A stretch of 64,000 nt of DNA from Auanema rhodensis. Taxonomy: Eukaryota; Animalia; Nematoda. Within the stretch, counting starts at the first letter, position 1, and each line of letters starts with the position of its first letter. A program made the position numbers and the translations under genes. Location of the stretch: the NCBI GenBank assembly GCA_964057225.1, contig OZ059897.1, forward strand, positions 1,798,001 through 1,862,000, read 5' to 3'. Below are positions 40,401 to 55,159 of the stretch, piece after piece. A model generated the notes under the pieces. It saw nothing but the letters and a program-made list of their open reading frames with translations. It was not told where the DNA came from and did no database searches.

Positions 40401-43400
40401 ATCGAGGATATAAGTGTGAACATATATCAGTTGATATCTCGGTGCATTTTTAAGTTAACTCAAATCTGATAACACAGATCAACGCAGCTTAAAAATCCGC
40501 ATCGAATGCACTATACTACATTGAGAAACGCTTTATACAAAAATTAGTTATGATCGTATGAAAAATAATGCATTAGTGTATGTTGAGTTCCCATGTACAC
40601 TCAACATTGCTTCCAAAAACATTTTGACAAAAATTTTCCCGAAAAATTTCTAAATAATTTCACAGAAAGTAGATGTTTTTAGATTCCTTTTTTCAAGACG
40701 AATACGATGGACAATGTTTTTCAACGAAAAAATCATTTCTTCAGGGTGAAAATCGAGGATATAAGTGTGAACATATATCAGTTGATATCTCGGTGCATTT
40801 TTAAGTTAACTCAAATCTGATAACACAGATCAACGCAGCTCAAAAATCCGCATCGAATGCACTATACTACAATGAGAAACGCTCTATACAAAAATTAGTT
40901 ATGATCGTTTGAAAAATAATGCATTAGTGTATGTTGAGTTCCCATGTACACTCAACATTGCTTCCAAAAACATTTTGACAAAAATTTTCCCGAAAAATTT
41001 CTAAATAATTTCACAAAAAGTAGATGTTTTTAGATTCCTTTTTTCAAGGCAAAGACGATAGACAATGTTATTCAACGAAAAAATTAGTTCTTCAGGGTGA
41101 AAATCGAGGATATAAGTGTGAACTTATATCAGTTGATATCTCGGTGCATTTTTAAGCTAGCGCAAATCTGATAACACAGATCGACGCAGCTTAAAAATCC
41201 GCATCGAATGCACTATACTACATTGAGAAACGCTCTATACAAAAATTAGTTATGATCGTTTGAAAAATAATGCATTAGTGTATGTTGAGTTCCCATGTAC
41301 ACTCAACATTGCTTCCAAAAACATTTTGACAAAAATTTTCCCGAAAAATTTCTAATTAATTTCACAAAAAGTAGATGTTTTTAGATTCCTTTTTTCAAGA
41401 CGAATACGATGGACAATGTTTTTCAACGAAAAAATCATTTCTTCAGGGTGAAAATCGAGGATATAAGTGTGAACATATATCAGTTGATATCTCGGTGCAT
41501 TTTTAAGTTAACTCAAATCTGATAACACAGATCAACGCAGCTTAAAAATCCGCATCGAATGCACTATACTACATTGAGAAACGCTCTATACAAAAATTAG
41601 TTATGATCGTTTGAAAAATAATGCATTAGTGTATGCTGAGTTCCCATGTACACTCAACATTGCTTCCAAAAACATTGTGACAAAAATTTTCCCGAAAAAT
41701 TTCTAAATAATTTCACAAAAAGTAGATGTTTTTAGATTCCTTTTTTCAAGGCAAAGACGATGGACAATGTTATTCAACGAAAAAATTAATTCTTCAGGGT
41801 GAAAATCGAGGATATAAGTGTGAACTTATATCAGTTGATATCTCGGTGCATTTTTAAGCTAGTGCAAATCTGATAACACAGATCGACGCAGCTTAAAAAT
41901 CCGCATCGAATGCACTATACCACATTGAGAAACGCTTAATACAAAATTTAGTTATGATAGTTTGAAAAATAATGCATTAGTGTATGCTGAGTTCCCATGT
42001 ACACTTAACATTGCTTCCAAAAACATTGTGACAAAAATTTTCCCGAAAAATTTCTAAATAATTTCACAAAAAGTAGATGTTTTTAGATTCCTTTTTTCAA
42101 GACGAATACGATGGACAATGTTTTTCAACGAAAAAATCATTTCTTCAGGGTGAAAATTGAGGATATAAGTGTGAACATATATCAGTTGATATCTCAGTGC
42201 ATTTTTAAGCTAACTCAAATCTGATAACACAGATCGACGCAGCTTAAAAATCCGCATCGAATGCACTATACTACATTGAGAAACGCTCTATACAAAAATT
42301 AGTTATGATCGTTTGAAAAATAATGCATTAGTGTATGCTGAGTTCCCATGTACACTCAACATTGCTTCCAAAAACATTTTGACAAAAATTTTCCCGAAAA
42401 ATTTCTAAATAATTTCACAAAAAGTAGATGTTTTTAGATTCCTTTTTTCAAGACGAATACGATGGACAATGTTTTTCAACAAAAAAATCATTTCTTCAGG
42501 GTGAAAATCGAGGATATAAGTGTGAACATATATCAGTTGATATCTCGGTGCATTTTTAAGTTAACTCAAATCTGATAACACAGATCAACGCAGCTTAAAA
42601 ATCCGCATCGAATGCACTATACTACATTGAGAAACGCTTTATACAAAAATTAGTTATGATCGTATGAAAAATAATGCATTAGTGTATGTTGAGTTCCCAT
42701 GTACACTCAACATTGCTTCCAAAAACATTTTGACAAAAATTTTCCCGAAAAATTTCTGAATAATTTCACAGAAAGTAGATGTTTTTAGATTCCTTTTTTC
42801 AAGACGAATACGATGGACAATGTTTTTCAACGAAAAAATCATTTCTTCAGGGTGAAAATCGAGGATATAAGTCTGAACATATATCAGTTGATATCTCGGT
42901 GCATTTTTAAGTTAACTCAAATCTGATAACACAGATCAACGCAGCTTAAAAATCCGCATCGAATGCACTATACTACAATGAGAAACGCTCTATACAAAAA
43001 TTAGTTATGATCGTTTGAAAAATAATGCATTAGTGTATGTTGAGTTCCCATGTACACTCAACATTGCTTCCAAAAACATTTTGACAAAAATTTTCCCGAA
43101 AAATTTCTAAATAATTTCACAAAAAGTAGATGTTTTTAGATTCCTTTTTTCAAGGCAAAGACGATAGACAATGTTATTCAACGAAAAAATTAGTTCTTCA
43201 GGGTGAAAATCGAGGATATAAGTGTGAACTTATATCAGTTGATATCTCGGTGCATTTTTAAGCTAGCGCAAATCTGATAACACAGATCGACGCAGCTTAA
43301 AAATCCGCATCGAATGCACTATACTACATTGAGAAACGCTCTATACAAAAATTAGTTATGATCGTTTGAAAAATAATGCATTAGTGTATGTTGAGTTCCC

Positions 43401-46400
43401 ATGTACACTCAACATTGCTTCCAAAAACATTTTGACAAAAATTTTCCCGAAAAATTTCTAATTAATTTCACAAAAAGTAGATGTTTTTAGATTCCTTTTT
43501 TCAAGACGAATACGATGGACAATGTTTTTCAACGAAAAAATCATTTCTTCAGGGTGAAAATCGAGGATATAAGTGTGAACATATATCAGTTGATATCTCG
43601 GTGCATTTTTAAGTTAACTCAAATCTGATAACACAGATCAACGCAGCTTAAAAATCCGCATCGAATGCACTATACTACATTGAGAAACGCTCTATACAAA
43701 AATTAGTTATGATCGTTTGAAAAATAATGCATTAGTGTATGCTGAGTTCCCATGTACACTCAACATTGCTTCCAAAAACATTGTGACAAAAATTTTCCCG
43801 AAAAATTTCTAAATAATTTCACAAAAAGTAGATGTTTTTAGATTCCTTTTTTCAAGGCAAAGACGATGGACAATGTTATTCAACGAAAAAATTAATTCTT
43901 CAGGGTGAAAATCGAGGATATAAGTGTGAACATATATCAGTTGATATCTCGGTGCATTTTTAAGTTAACTCAAATCTGATAACACAGATCAACGCAGCTT
44001 AAAAATCCGCATCGAATGCACTATACTACAATGAGAAACGCTCTATACAAAAATTAGTTATGATCGTTTGAAAAATAATGCATTAGTGTATGTTGAGTTC
44101 CCATGTACACTCAACATTGCTTCCAAAAACATTTTGACAAAAATTTTCCCGAAAAATTTCTAGATAATTTCACAAAAAGTAGATGTTTTTAGATTCCTTT
44201 TTTCAAGACGAATACGATGGACAATGTTTTTTAACGAAAAAATCATTTCTTCAGGGTGAAAATCGAGGATATAAGTGTGAACATATATCAGTTGATATCT
44301 CGGTGCATTTTTAAGCTAACTCAAATCTGATAACACAGATCGACGCAGCTTAAAAATCCGCATCGAATGCACTATACTACATTGAGAAACGCTCTATACA
44401 AAAATTAGTTATGATCGTTTGAAAAATAATGCATTAGTGTATGCTGAGTTCCCATGTACACTCAACATTGCTTCCAAAAACATTTTGACAAAAATTTTCC
44501 CGAAAAATTTCTAAATAATTTCACAAAAAGTAGATGTTTTTAGATTCCTTTTTTCAAGACGAATACGATGGACAATGTTTTTCAACAAAAAAATCATTTC
44601 TTCAGGGTGAAAATCGAGGATATAAGTGTGAACATATATCAGTTGATATCTCGGTGCATTTTTAAGTTAACTCAAATCTGATAACACAGATCAACGCAGC
44701 TTAAAAATCCGCATCGAATGCACTATACTACATTGAGAAACGCTTTATACAAAAATTAGTTATGATCGTATGAAAAATAATGCATTAGTGTATGTTGAGT
44801 TCCCATGTACACTCAACATTGCTTCCAAAAACATTTTGACAAAAATTTTCCCGAAAAATTTCTAAATAATTTCACAGAAAGTAGATGTTTTTAGATTCCT
44901 TTTTTCAAGACGAATACGATGGACAATGTTTTTCAACGAAAAAATCATTTCTTCAGGGTGAAAATCGAGGATATAAGTGTGAACATATATCAGTTGATAT
45001 CTCGGTGCATTTTTAAGTTAACTCAAATCTGATAACACAGATCAACGCAGCTTAAAAATCCGCATCGAATGCACTATACTACAATGAGAAACGCTCTATA
45101 CAAAAATTAGTTATGATCGTTTGAAAAATAATGCATTAGTGTATGTTGAGTTCCCATGTACACTCAACATTGCTTCCAAAAACATTTTGACAAAAATTTT
45201 CCCGAAAAATTTCTAAATAATTTCACAAAAAGTAGATGTTTTTAGATTCCTTTTTTCAAGGCAAAGACGATAGACAATGTTATTCAACGAAAAAATTAGT
45301 TCTTCAGGGTGAAAATCGAGGATATAAGTGTGAACTTATATCAGTTGATATCTCGGTGCATTTTTAAGCTAACGCAAATCTGATAACACAGATCGACGCA
45401 GCTTAAAAATCCGCATCGAATGCACTATACTACATTGAGAAACGCTCTATACAAAAATTAGTTATGATCGTTTGAAAAATAATGCATTAGTGTATGTTGA
45501 GTTCCCATGTACACTCAACATTGCTTCCAAAAACATTTTGACAAAAATTTTCCCGAAAAATTTCTAATTAATTTCACAAAAAGTAGATGTTTTTAGATTC
45601 CTTTTTTCAAGACGAATACGATGGACAATGTTTTTCAACGAAAAAATCATTTCTTCAGGGTGAAAATCGAGGATATAAGTGTGAACATATATCAGTTGAT
45701 ATCTCGGTGCATTTTTAAGTTAACTCAAATCTGATAACACAGATCAACGCAGCTTAAAAATCCGCATCGAATGCACTATACTACATTGAGAAACGCTCTA
45801 TACAAAAATTAGTTATGATCGTTTGAAAAATAATGCATTAGTGTATGCTGAGTTCCCATGTACACTCAACATTGCTTCCAAAAACATTGTGACAAAAATT
45901 TTCCCGAAAAATTTCTAAATAATTTCACAAAAAGTAGATGTTTTTAGATTCCTTTTTTCAAGGCAAAGACGATGGACAATGTTATTCAACGAAAAAATTA
46001 ATTCTTCAGGGTGAAAATCGAGGATATAAGTGTGAACATATATCAGTTGATATCTCGGTGCATTTTTAAGTTAACTCAAATCTGATAACACAGATCAACG
46101 CAGCTTAAAAATCCGCATCGAATGCACTATACTACAATGAGAAACGCTCTATACAAAAATTAGTTATGATCGTTTGAAAAATAATGCATTAGTGTATGTT
46201 GAGTTCCCATGTACACTCAACATTGCTTCCAAAAACATTTTGACAAAAATTTTCCCGAAAAATTTCTAGATAATTTCACAAAAAGTAGATGTTTTTAGAT
46301 TCCTTTTTTCAAGACGAATACGATGGACAATGTTTTTTAACGAAAAAATCATTTCTTCAGGGTGAAAATCGAGGATATAAGTGTGAACATATATCAGTTG

Positions 46401-48300
46401 ATATCTCGGTGCATTTTTAAGCTAACTCAAATCTGATAACACAGATCGACGCAGCTTAAAAATCCGCATCGAATGCACTATACTACATTGAGAAACGCTC
46501 TATACAAAAATTAGTTATGATCGTTTGAAAAATAATGCATTAGTGTATGCTGAGTTCCCATGTACACTCAACATTGCTTCCAAAAACATTTTGACAAAAA
46601 TTTTCCCGAAAAATTTCTAAATAATTTCACAAAAAGTAGATGTTTTTAGATTCCTTTTTTCAAGACGAATACGATGGACAATGTTTTTCAACAAAAAAAT
46701 CATTTCTTCAGGGTGAAAATCGAGGATATAAGTGTGAACATATATCAGTTGATATCTCGGTGCATTTTTAAGTTAACTCAAATCTGATAACACAGATCAA
46801 CGCAGCTTAAAAATCCGCATCGAATGCACTATACTACATTGAGAAACGCTTTATACAAAAATTAGTTATGATCGTATGAAAAATAATGCATTAGTGTATG
46901 TTGAGTTCCCATGTACACTCAACATTGCTTCCAAAAACATTTTGACAAAAATTTTCCCGAAAAATTTCTAAATAATTTCACAGAAAGTAGATGTTTTTAG
47001 ATTCCCTTTTTCAAGACGAATACGATGGACAATGTTTTTCAACGAAAAAATCATTTCTTCAGGGTGAAAATCGAGGATATAAGTGTGAACATATATCAGT
47101 TGATATCTCGGTGCATTTTTAAGTTAACTCAAATCTGATAACACAGATCAACGCAGCTTAAAAATCCGCATCGAATGCACTATACTACAATGAGAAACGC
47201 TCTATACAAAAATTAGTTATGATCGTTTGAAAAATAATGCATTAGTGTATGTTGAGTTCCCATGTACACTCAACATTGCTTCCAAAAACATTTTGACAAA
47301 AATTTTCCCGAAAAATTTCTAAATAATTTCACAAAAAGTAGATGTTTTTAGATTCCTTTTTTCAAGGCAAAGACGATAGACAATGTTATTCAACGAAAAA
47401 ATTAGTTCTTCAGGGTGAAAATCGAGGATATAAGTGTGAACTTATATCAGTTGATATCTCGGTGCATTTTTAAGCTAGCGCAAATCTGATAACACAGATC
47501 GACGCAGCTTAAAAATCCGCATCGAATGCACTATACTACATTGAGAAACGCTTTATACAAAAATTAGTTATGATCGTTTGAAAAATAATGCATTAGTGTA
47601 TGTTGAGTTCCCATGTACACTCAACATTGCTTCCAAAAACATTTTGACAAAAATTTTCCCGAAAAATTTCTAATTAATTTCACAAAAAGTAGATGTTTTT
47701 AGATTCCTTTTTTCAAGACGAATACGATGGACAATGTTTTTCAACGAAAAAATCATTTCTTCAGGGTGAAAATCGAGGATATAAGTGTGAACATATATCA
47801 GTTGATATCTCGGTGCATTTTTAAGTTAACTCAAATCTGATAACACAGATCAACGCAGCTTAAAAATCCGCATCGAATGCACTATACTACATTGAGAAAC
47901 GCTCTATACAAAAATTAGTTATGATCGTTTGAAAAATAATGCATTAGTGTATGCTGAGTTCCCATGTACACTCAACATTGCTTCCAAAAACATTGTGACA
48001 AAAATTTTCCCGAAAAATTTCTAAATAATTTCACAAAAAGTAGATGTTTTTAGATTCCTTTTTTCAAGGCAAAGACGATGGACAATGTTATTCAACGAAA
48101 AAATTAATTCTTCAGGGTGAAAATCGAGGATATAAGTGTGAACTTATATCAGTTGATATCTCGGTGCATTTTTAAGCTAGTGCAAATCTGATAACACAGA
48201 TCGACGCAGCTTAAAAATCCGCATCGAATGCACTATACCACATTGAGAAACGCTTAATACAAAAATTAGTTATGATCGTTTGAAAAATAATGCATTAGTG
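37500..48300. repeat. HOR domain 4: 6-mer (2106 bp), about 5 copies
   Basis: The private G in cacaGaaag is at 38559, 40665, 42771, 44877 and 46983, exactly 2106 apart. gatcgtatg and gatagac/ttagttc follow the same spacing. Confidence 0.92.
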
Positions 48301-51249
48301 TATGTTGAGTTCCCATGTACACTCAACATTGCTTCCAAAAACATTTTGACAAAAATTTTCCCGAAAAATTTCTAATTAATTTCACAAAAAGTAGATGTTT
48401 TTAGATTCCTTTTTTCAAGACGAATACGATGGACAATGTTTTTCAACGAAAAAATCATTTCTTCAGGGTGAAAATCGAGGATATAAGTGTGAACATATAT
48501 CAGTTGATATCTCGGTGCATTTTTAAGTTAACTCAAATCTGATAACACAGATCAACGCAGCTTAAAAATCCGCATCGAATGCACTATACTACATTGAGAA
48601 ACGCTCTATACAAAAATTAGTTATGATCGTTTGAAAAATAATGCATTAGTGTATGCTGAGTTCCCATGTACACTCAACACTGCTTCCAAAAACATTGTGA
48701 CAAAAATTTTCCCGAAAAATTTCTAAATAATTTCACAAAAAGTAGATGTTTTTAGATTCCTTTTTTCAAGGCAAAGACGATGGACAATGTTATTCAACGA
48801 AAAAATTAATTCTTCAGGGTGAAAATCGAGGATATAAGTGTGAACTTATATCAGTTGATATCTCGGTGCATTTTTAAGCTAGTGCAAATCTGATAACACA
48901 GATCGACGCAGCTTAAAAATCCGCATCGAATGCACTATACCACATTGAGAAACGCTTAATACAAAATTTAGTTATGATAGTTTGAAAAATAATGCATTAG
49001 TGTATGCTGAGTTCCCATGTACACTTAACATTGCTTCCAAAAACATTGTGACAAAAATTTTCCCGAAAAATTTCTAAATAATTTCACAAAAAGTAGATGT
49101 TTTTAGATTCCTTTTTTCAAGGCAAAGACGATGGACAATGTTTTTCAACGAAAAAATCATTTCTTCAGGGTGAAAATTGAGGATATAAGTGTGAACATAT
49201 ATCAGTTGATATCTCGGTGCATTTTTAAGCTAGCGCAAATCTGATAACACAGATCGACGCAGCTTAAAAATCCGCATCGAATGCACTATACTACATTGAG
49301 AAACGCTCTATACAAAAATTAGTTATGATCGTTTGAAAAATAATGCATTAGTGTATGTTGAGTTCCCATGTACACTCAACATTGCTTCCAAAAACATTTT
49401 GACAAAAATTTTCCCGAAAAATTTCTAAATAATTTCACAAAAAGTAGATGTTTTTAGATTCCTTTTTTCAAGGCAAAGACGATAGACAATGTTATTCAAC
49501 GAAAAAATTAGTTCTTCAGGGTGAAAATCGAGGATATAAGTGTGAACTTATATCAGTTGATATCTCGGTGCATTTTTAAGCTAGCGCAAATCTGATAACA
49601 CAGATCGACGCAGCTTAAAAATCCGCATCGAATGCACTATACTACATTGAGAAACGCTCTATACAAAAATTAGTTATGATCGTTTGAAAAATAATGCATT
49701 AGTGTATGTTGAGTTCCCATGTACACTCAACATTGCTTCCAAAAACATTTTGACAAAAATTTTCCCGAAAAATTTCTAAATAATTTCACAAAAAGTAGAT
49801 GTTTTTAGATTCCTTTTTTCAAGGCAAAGACGATAGACAATGTTATTCAACGAAAAAATTAGTTCTTCAGGGTGAAAATCGAGGATATAAGTGTGAACTT
49901 ATATCAGTTGATATCTCGGTGCATTTTTAAGCTAGCGCAAATCTGATAACACAGATCGACGCAGCTTAAAAATCCGCATCGAATGCACTATACTACATTG
50001 AGAAACGCTCTATACAAAAATTAGTTATGATCGTTTGAAAAATAATGCATTAGTGTATGTTGAGTTCCCATGTACACTCAACATTGCTTCCAAAAACATT
50101 TTGACAAAAATTTTCCCGAAAAATTTCTAATTAATTTCACAAAAAGTAGATGTTTTTAGATTCCTTTTTTCAAGACGAATACGATGGACAATGTTTTTCA
50201 ACGAAAAAATCATTTCTTCAGGGTGAAAATCGAGGATATAAGTGTGAACATATATCAGTTGATATCTCGGTGCATTTTTAAGTTAACTCAAATCTGATAA
50301 CACAGATCAACGCAGCTTAAAAATCCGCATCGAATGCACTATACTACATTGAGAAACGCTCTATACAAAAATTAGTTATGATCGTTTGAAAAATAATGCA
50401 TTAGTGTATGCTGAGTTCCCATGTACACTCAACACTGCTTCCAAAAACATTGTGACAAAAATTTTCCCGAAAAATTTCTAAATAATTTCACAAAAAGTAG
50501 ATGTTTTTAGATTCCTTTTTTCAAGGCAAAGACGATGGACAATGTTATTCAACGAAAAAATTAATTCTTCAGGGTGAAAATCGAGGATATAAGTGTGAAC
50601 TTATATCAGTTGATATCTCGGTGCATTTTTAAGCTAGTGCAAATCTGATAACACAGATCGACGCAGCTTAAAAATCCGCATCGAATGCACTATACCACAT
50701 TGAGAAACGCTTAATACAAAATTTAGTTATGATAGTTTGAAAAATAATGCATTAGTGTATGCTGAGTTCCCATGTACACTTAACATTGCTTCCAAAAACA
50801 TTGTGACAAAAATTTTCCCGAAAAATTTCTAAATAATTTCACAAAAAGTAGATGTTTTTAGATTCCTTTTTTCAAGACGAATACGATGGACAATGTTTTT
50901 CAACGAAAAAATCATTTCTTCAGGGTGAAAATTGAGGATATAAGTGTGAACATATATCAGTTGATATCTCAGTGCATTTTTAAGCTAACTCAAATCTGAT
51001 AACACAGATCGACGCAGCTTAAAAATCCGCATCGAATGCACTATACTACATTGAGAAACGCTCTATACAAAAATTAGTTATGATCGTTTGAAAAATAATG
51101 CATTAGTGTATGCTGAGTTCCCATGTACACTCAACATTGCTTCCAAAAACATTTTGACAAAAATTTTCCCGAAAAATTTCTGAATAATTTCACAAAAAGT
51201 GAATGTTTTTAGATTCCTTTTTTCAAGGCGAAGACGATGGACATTGTTA

Positions 51250-53990
51250 TTCAACGAAAAAATTAGTTCTTCAGGGTGAAAATCGAGGATATAAGTGTGA
51301 ACTTATATCAGTTGATATCTCGGTGCATTTTTAAGCTAGCGCAAATCTGATAACACAGATCGACGCAGCTTAAAAATCCGCATCGAATGCACTATACTAC
51401 ATTGAGAAACGCTCTATACAAAAATTAGTTATGATCGTTTGAAAAATAATGCATTAGTGTATGTTGAGTTCCCATGTACACTCAACATTGCTTCCAAAAA
51501 CATTTTGACAAAAATTTTCCCGAAAAATTTCTAAATAATTTCACAAAAAGTAGATGTTTTTAGATTCCTTTTTTCAAGGCAAAGACGATAGACAATGTTA
51601 TTCAACGAAAAAATTAGTTCTTCAGGGTGAAAATCGAGGATATAAGTGTGAACTTATATCAGTTGATATCTCGGTGCATTTTTAAGCTAGCGCAAATCTG
51701 ATAACACAGATCGACGCAGCTTAAAAATCCGCATCGAATGCACTATACTACATTGAGAAACGCTCTATACAAAAATTAGTTATGATCGTTTGAAAAATAA
51801 TGCATTAGTGTATGTTGAGTTCCCATGTACACTCAACATTGCTTCCAAAAACATTTTGACAAAAATTTTCCCGAAAAATTTCTAAATAATTTCACAAAAA
51901 GTAGATGTTTTTAGATTCCTTTTTTCAAGGCAAAGACGATAGACAATGTTATTCAACGAAAAAATTAGTTCTTCAGGGTGAAAATCGAGGATATAAGTGT
52001 GAACTTATATCAGTTGATATCTCGGTGCATTTTTAAGCTAGCGCAAATCTGATAACACAGATCGACGCAGCTTAAAAATCCGCATCGAATGCACTATACT
52101 ACATTGAGAAACGCTCTATACAAAAATTAGTTATGATCGTTTGAAAAATAATGCATTAGTGTATGTTGAGTTCCCATGTACACTCAACATTGCTTCCAAA
52201 AACATTTTGACAAAAATTTTCCCGAAAAATTTCTAAATAATTTCACAAAAAGTAGATGTTTTTAGATTCCTTTTTTCAAGGCAAAGACGATAGACAATGT
52301 TATTCAACGAAAAAATTAGTTCTTCAGGGTGAAAATCGAGGATATAAGTGTGAACTTATATCAGTTGATATCTCGGTGCATTTTTAAGCTAGCGCAAATC
52401 TGATAACACAGATCGACGCAGCTTAAAAATCCGCATCGAATGCACTATACTACATTGAGAAACGCTCTATACAAAAATTAGTTATGATCGTTTGAAAAAT
52501 AATGCATTAGTGTATGTTGAGTTCCCATGTACACTCAACATTGCTTCCAAAAACATTTTGACAAAAATTTTCCCGAAAAATTTCTAAATAATTTCACAAA
52601 AAGTAGATGTTTTTAGATTCCTTTTTTCAAGGCAAAGACGATAGACAATGTTATTCAACGAAAAAATTAGTTCTTCAGGGTGAAAATCGAGGATATAAGT
52701 GTGAACTTATATCAGTTGATATCTCGGTGCATTTTTAAGCTAGCGCAAATCTGATAACACAGATCGACGCAGCTTAAAAATCCGCATCGAATGCACTATA
52801 CTACATTGAGAAACGCTCTATACAAAAATTAGTTATGATCGTTTGAAAAATAATGCATTAGTGTATGTTGAGTTCCCATGTACACTCAACATTGCTTCCA
52901 AAAACATTTTGACAAAAATTTTCCCGAAAAATTTCTAAATAATTTCACAAAAAGTAGATGTTTTTAGATTCCTTTTTTCAAGGCAAAGACGATAGACAAT
53001 GTTATTCAACGAAAAAATTAGTTCTTCAGGGTGAAAATCGAGGATATAAGTGTGAACTTATATCAGTTGATATCTCGGTGCATTTTTAAGCTAGCGCAAA
53101 TCTGATAACACAGATCGACGCAGCTTAAAAATCCGCATCGAATGCACTATACTACATTGAGAAACGCTCTATACAAAAATTAGTTATGATCGTTTGAAAA
53201 ATAATGCATTAGTGTATGTTGAGTTCCCATGTACACTCAACATTGCTTCCAAAAACATTTTGACAAAAATTTTCCCGAAAAATTTCTAAATAATTTCACA
53301 AAAAGTAGATGTTTTTAGATTCCTTTTTTCAAGGCAAAGACGATAGACAATGTTATTCAACGAAAAAATTAGTTCTTCAGGGTGAAAATCGAGGATATAA
53401 GTGTGAACTTATATCAGTTGATATCTCGGTGCATTTTTAAGCTAGCGCAAATCTGATAACACAGATCGACGCAGCTTAAAAATCCGCATCGAATGCACTA
53501 TACTACATTGAGAAACGCTCTATACAAAAATTAGTTATGATCGTTTGAAAAATAATGCATTAGTGTATGTTGAGTTCCCATGTACACTCAACATTGCTTC
53601 CAAAAACATTTTGACAAAAATTTTCCCGAAAAATTTCTAAATAATTTCACAAAAAGTAGATGTTTTTAGATTCCTTTTTTCAAGGCAAAGACGATAGACA
53701 ATGTTATTCAACGAAAAAATTAGTTCTTCAGGGTGAAAATCGAGGATATAAGTGTGAACTTATATCAGTTGATATCTCGGTGCATTTTTAAGCTAGCGCA
53801 AATCTGATAACACAGATCGACGCAGCTTAAAAATCCGCATCGAATGCACTATACTACATTGAGAAACGCTCTATACAAAAATTAGTTATGATCGTTTGAA
53901 AAATAATGCATTAGTGTATGTTGAGTTCCCATGTACACTCAACATTGCTTCCAAAAACATTTTGACAAAAATTTTCCCGAAAAATTTCTA
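51250..53990. repeat. Run of about 8 apparently identical monomers
   Basis: The haplotype ggcaaagacgatagac / ttagttcttc / aacttatatc / gctagcgc / gatcgacgc repeats in consecutive monomers. Confidence 0.88.
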
Positions 53991-55159
53991 ATTAATTTCA
54001 CAAAAAGTAGATGTTTTTAGATTCCTTTTTTCAAGACGAATACGATGGACAATGTTTTTCAACGAAAAAATCATTTCTTCAGGGTGAAAATCGAGGATAT
54101 AAGTGTGAACATATATCAGTTGATATCTCGGTGCATTTTTAAGTTAACTCAAATCTGATAACACAGATCAACGCAGCTTAAAAATCCGCATCGAATGCAC
54201 TATACTACATTGAGAAACGCTCTATACAAAAATTAGTTATGATCGTTTGAAAAATAATGCATTAGTGTATGCTGAGTTCCCATGTACACTCAACATTGCT
54301 TCCAAAAACATTGTGACAAAAATTTTCCCGAAAAATTTCTAAATAATTTCACAAAAAGTAGATGTTTTTAGATTCCTTTTTTCAAGGCAAAGACGATGGA
54401 CAATGTTATTCAACGAAAAAATTAATTCTTCAGGGTGAAAATCGAGGATATAAGTGTGAACTTATATCAGTTGATATCTCGGTGCATTTTTAAGCTAGTG
54501 CAAATCTGATAACACAGATCGACGCAGCTTAAAAATCCGCATCGAATGCACTATACCACATTGAGAAACGCTTAATACAAAATTTAGTTATGATAGTTTG
54601 AAAAATAATGCATTAGTGTATGCTGAGTTCCCATGTACACTCAACATTGCTTCCAAAAACATTGTGACAAAAATTTTCCCGAAAAATTTCTAAATAATTT
54701 CACAAAAAGTAGATGTTTTTAGATTCCTTTTTTCAAGGCAAAGACGATGGACAATGTTATTCAACGAAAAAATTAATTCTTCAGGGTGAAAATCGAGGAT
54801 ATAAGTGTGAACATATATCAGTTGATATCTCAGTGCATTTTTAAGCTAACTCAAATCTGATAACACAGATCGACGCAGCTTAAAAATCCGCATCGAATGC
54901 ACTATACTACATTGAGAAACGCTCTATACAAAAATTAGTTATGATCGTTTGAAAAATAATGCATTAGTGTATGTTGAGTTCCCATGTACACTCAACATTG
55001 CTTCCAAAAACATTTTGACAAAAATTTTCCCGAAAAATTTCTAATTAATTTCACAAAAAGTAGATGTTTTTAGATTCCTTTTTTCAAGACGAATACGATG
55101 GACAATGTTTTTCAACGAAAAAATCATTTCTTCAGGGTGAAAATTGAGGATATAAGTGT

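Noticed and set aside
42654-42842. 62-aa minus-strand ORF
   Set aside because: Single chance combination of SNPs in one monomer; closed in the sister copies.
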